Origin: Bdellovibrionota bacterium | Lineage (GTDB): Bacteria > Bdellovibrionota > UBA1018 > UBA923 | NCBI GenBank assembly: GCA_040754655.1 | Contig: JBFMCE010000014.1 | Span: 1-47,523, forward strand | Direction: 5' to 3' | DNA: 47,523 nt | Shown: piece after piece, positions 47,442 through 47,523 of the stretch | Layout: every line of letters begins with the position of its first letter | Position numbering within the stretch: position 1 is the stretch's first letter | Notes under the pieces: model-generated | The model's database searches: none | What the model was told of the DNA's origin: nothing | Seen by the model: only the letters and a program-made list of their open reading frames with translations | Program-made: the position numbers and the translations under genes

Positions 47442-47523
47442 TTTCCCTTAATACCTACTCCACTATTTTCCTATTTGTTACAAAAACACTCAAGTATTAA
47501 TATTATTTATTAAATTCAATAAC

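Noticed and set aside
1..47523. CRISPR array, tRNA, rRNA, IS element or prophage
   Set aside because: No regularly spaced repeats, cloverleaf, transposase, integrase or phage structural motifs were recognised by eye.

Overview
Gene-dense bacterial chromosomal segment of about 50% GC by eye, with a more AT-rich first kilobase. The gene mix suggests a Bdellovibrionota-like organism (inference only). Housekeeping genes: rfaE1/hldA, a GT9 heptosyltransferase, cmk, hisC, queC, queD, rimI, thrS, comM, comEC, two RluA enzymes, an RlmK/RlmI-like methyltransferase, metF and an ECF sigma factor. These are interleaved with many exported or lipid-anchored proteins: two SLT transglycosylases, a matrixin, an NlpC/P60-like enzyme, and delta-60, GLUG, Ig-like and lectin-like propeller proteins. 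No rRNA, tRNA, CRISPR array, transposase, integrase or reverse transcriptase was recognised. Main oddities: (1) two head-to-head four-helix-bundle paralogs only about 50% identical but joined by a 164-bp palindrome with perfect 33-bp and 30-bp arms; (2) a signal-peptide-bearing 1304-aa fusion of two ClpB-D2-like AAA+ modules (one inactivated) and an FtsH-type M41 protease; (3) queD-queC coupled to a biotin-ligase-fold DUF366 gene; (4) an SLT gene split by a single in-frame TAG; (5) six sigma54-type promoters in front of orphan genes; (6) a near-identical 17-bp palindrome pair with IHF-like sites flanking XRE-comM. All family assignments come from motif recognition by eye, not database searches.
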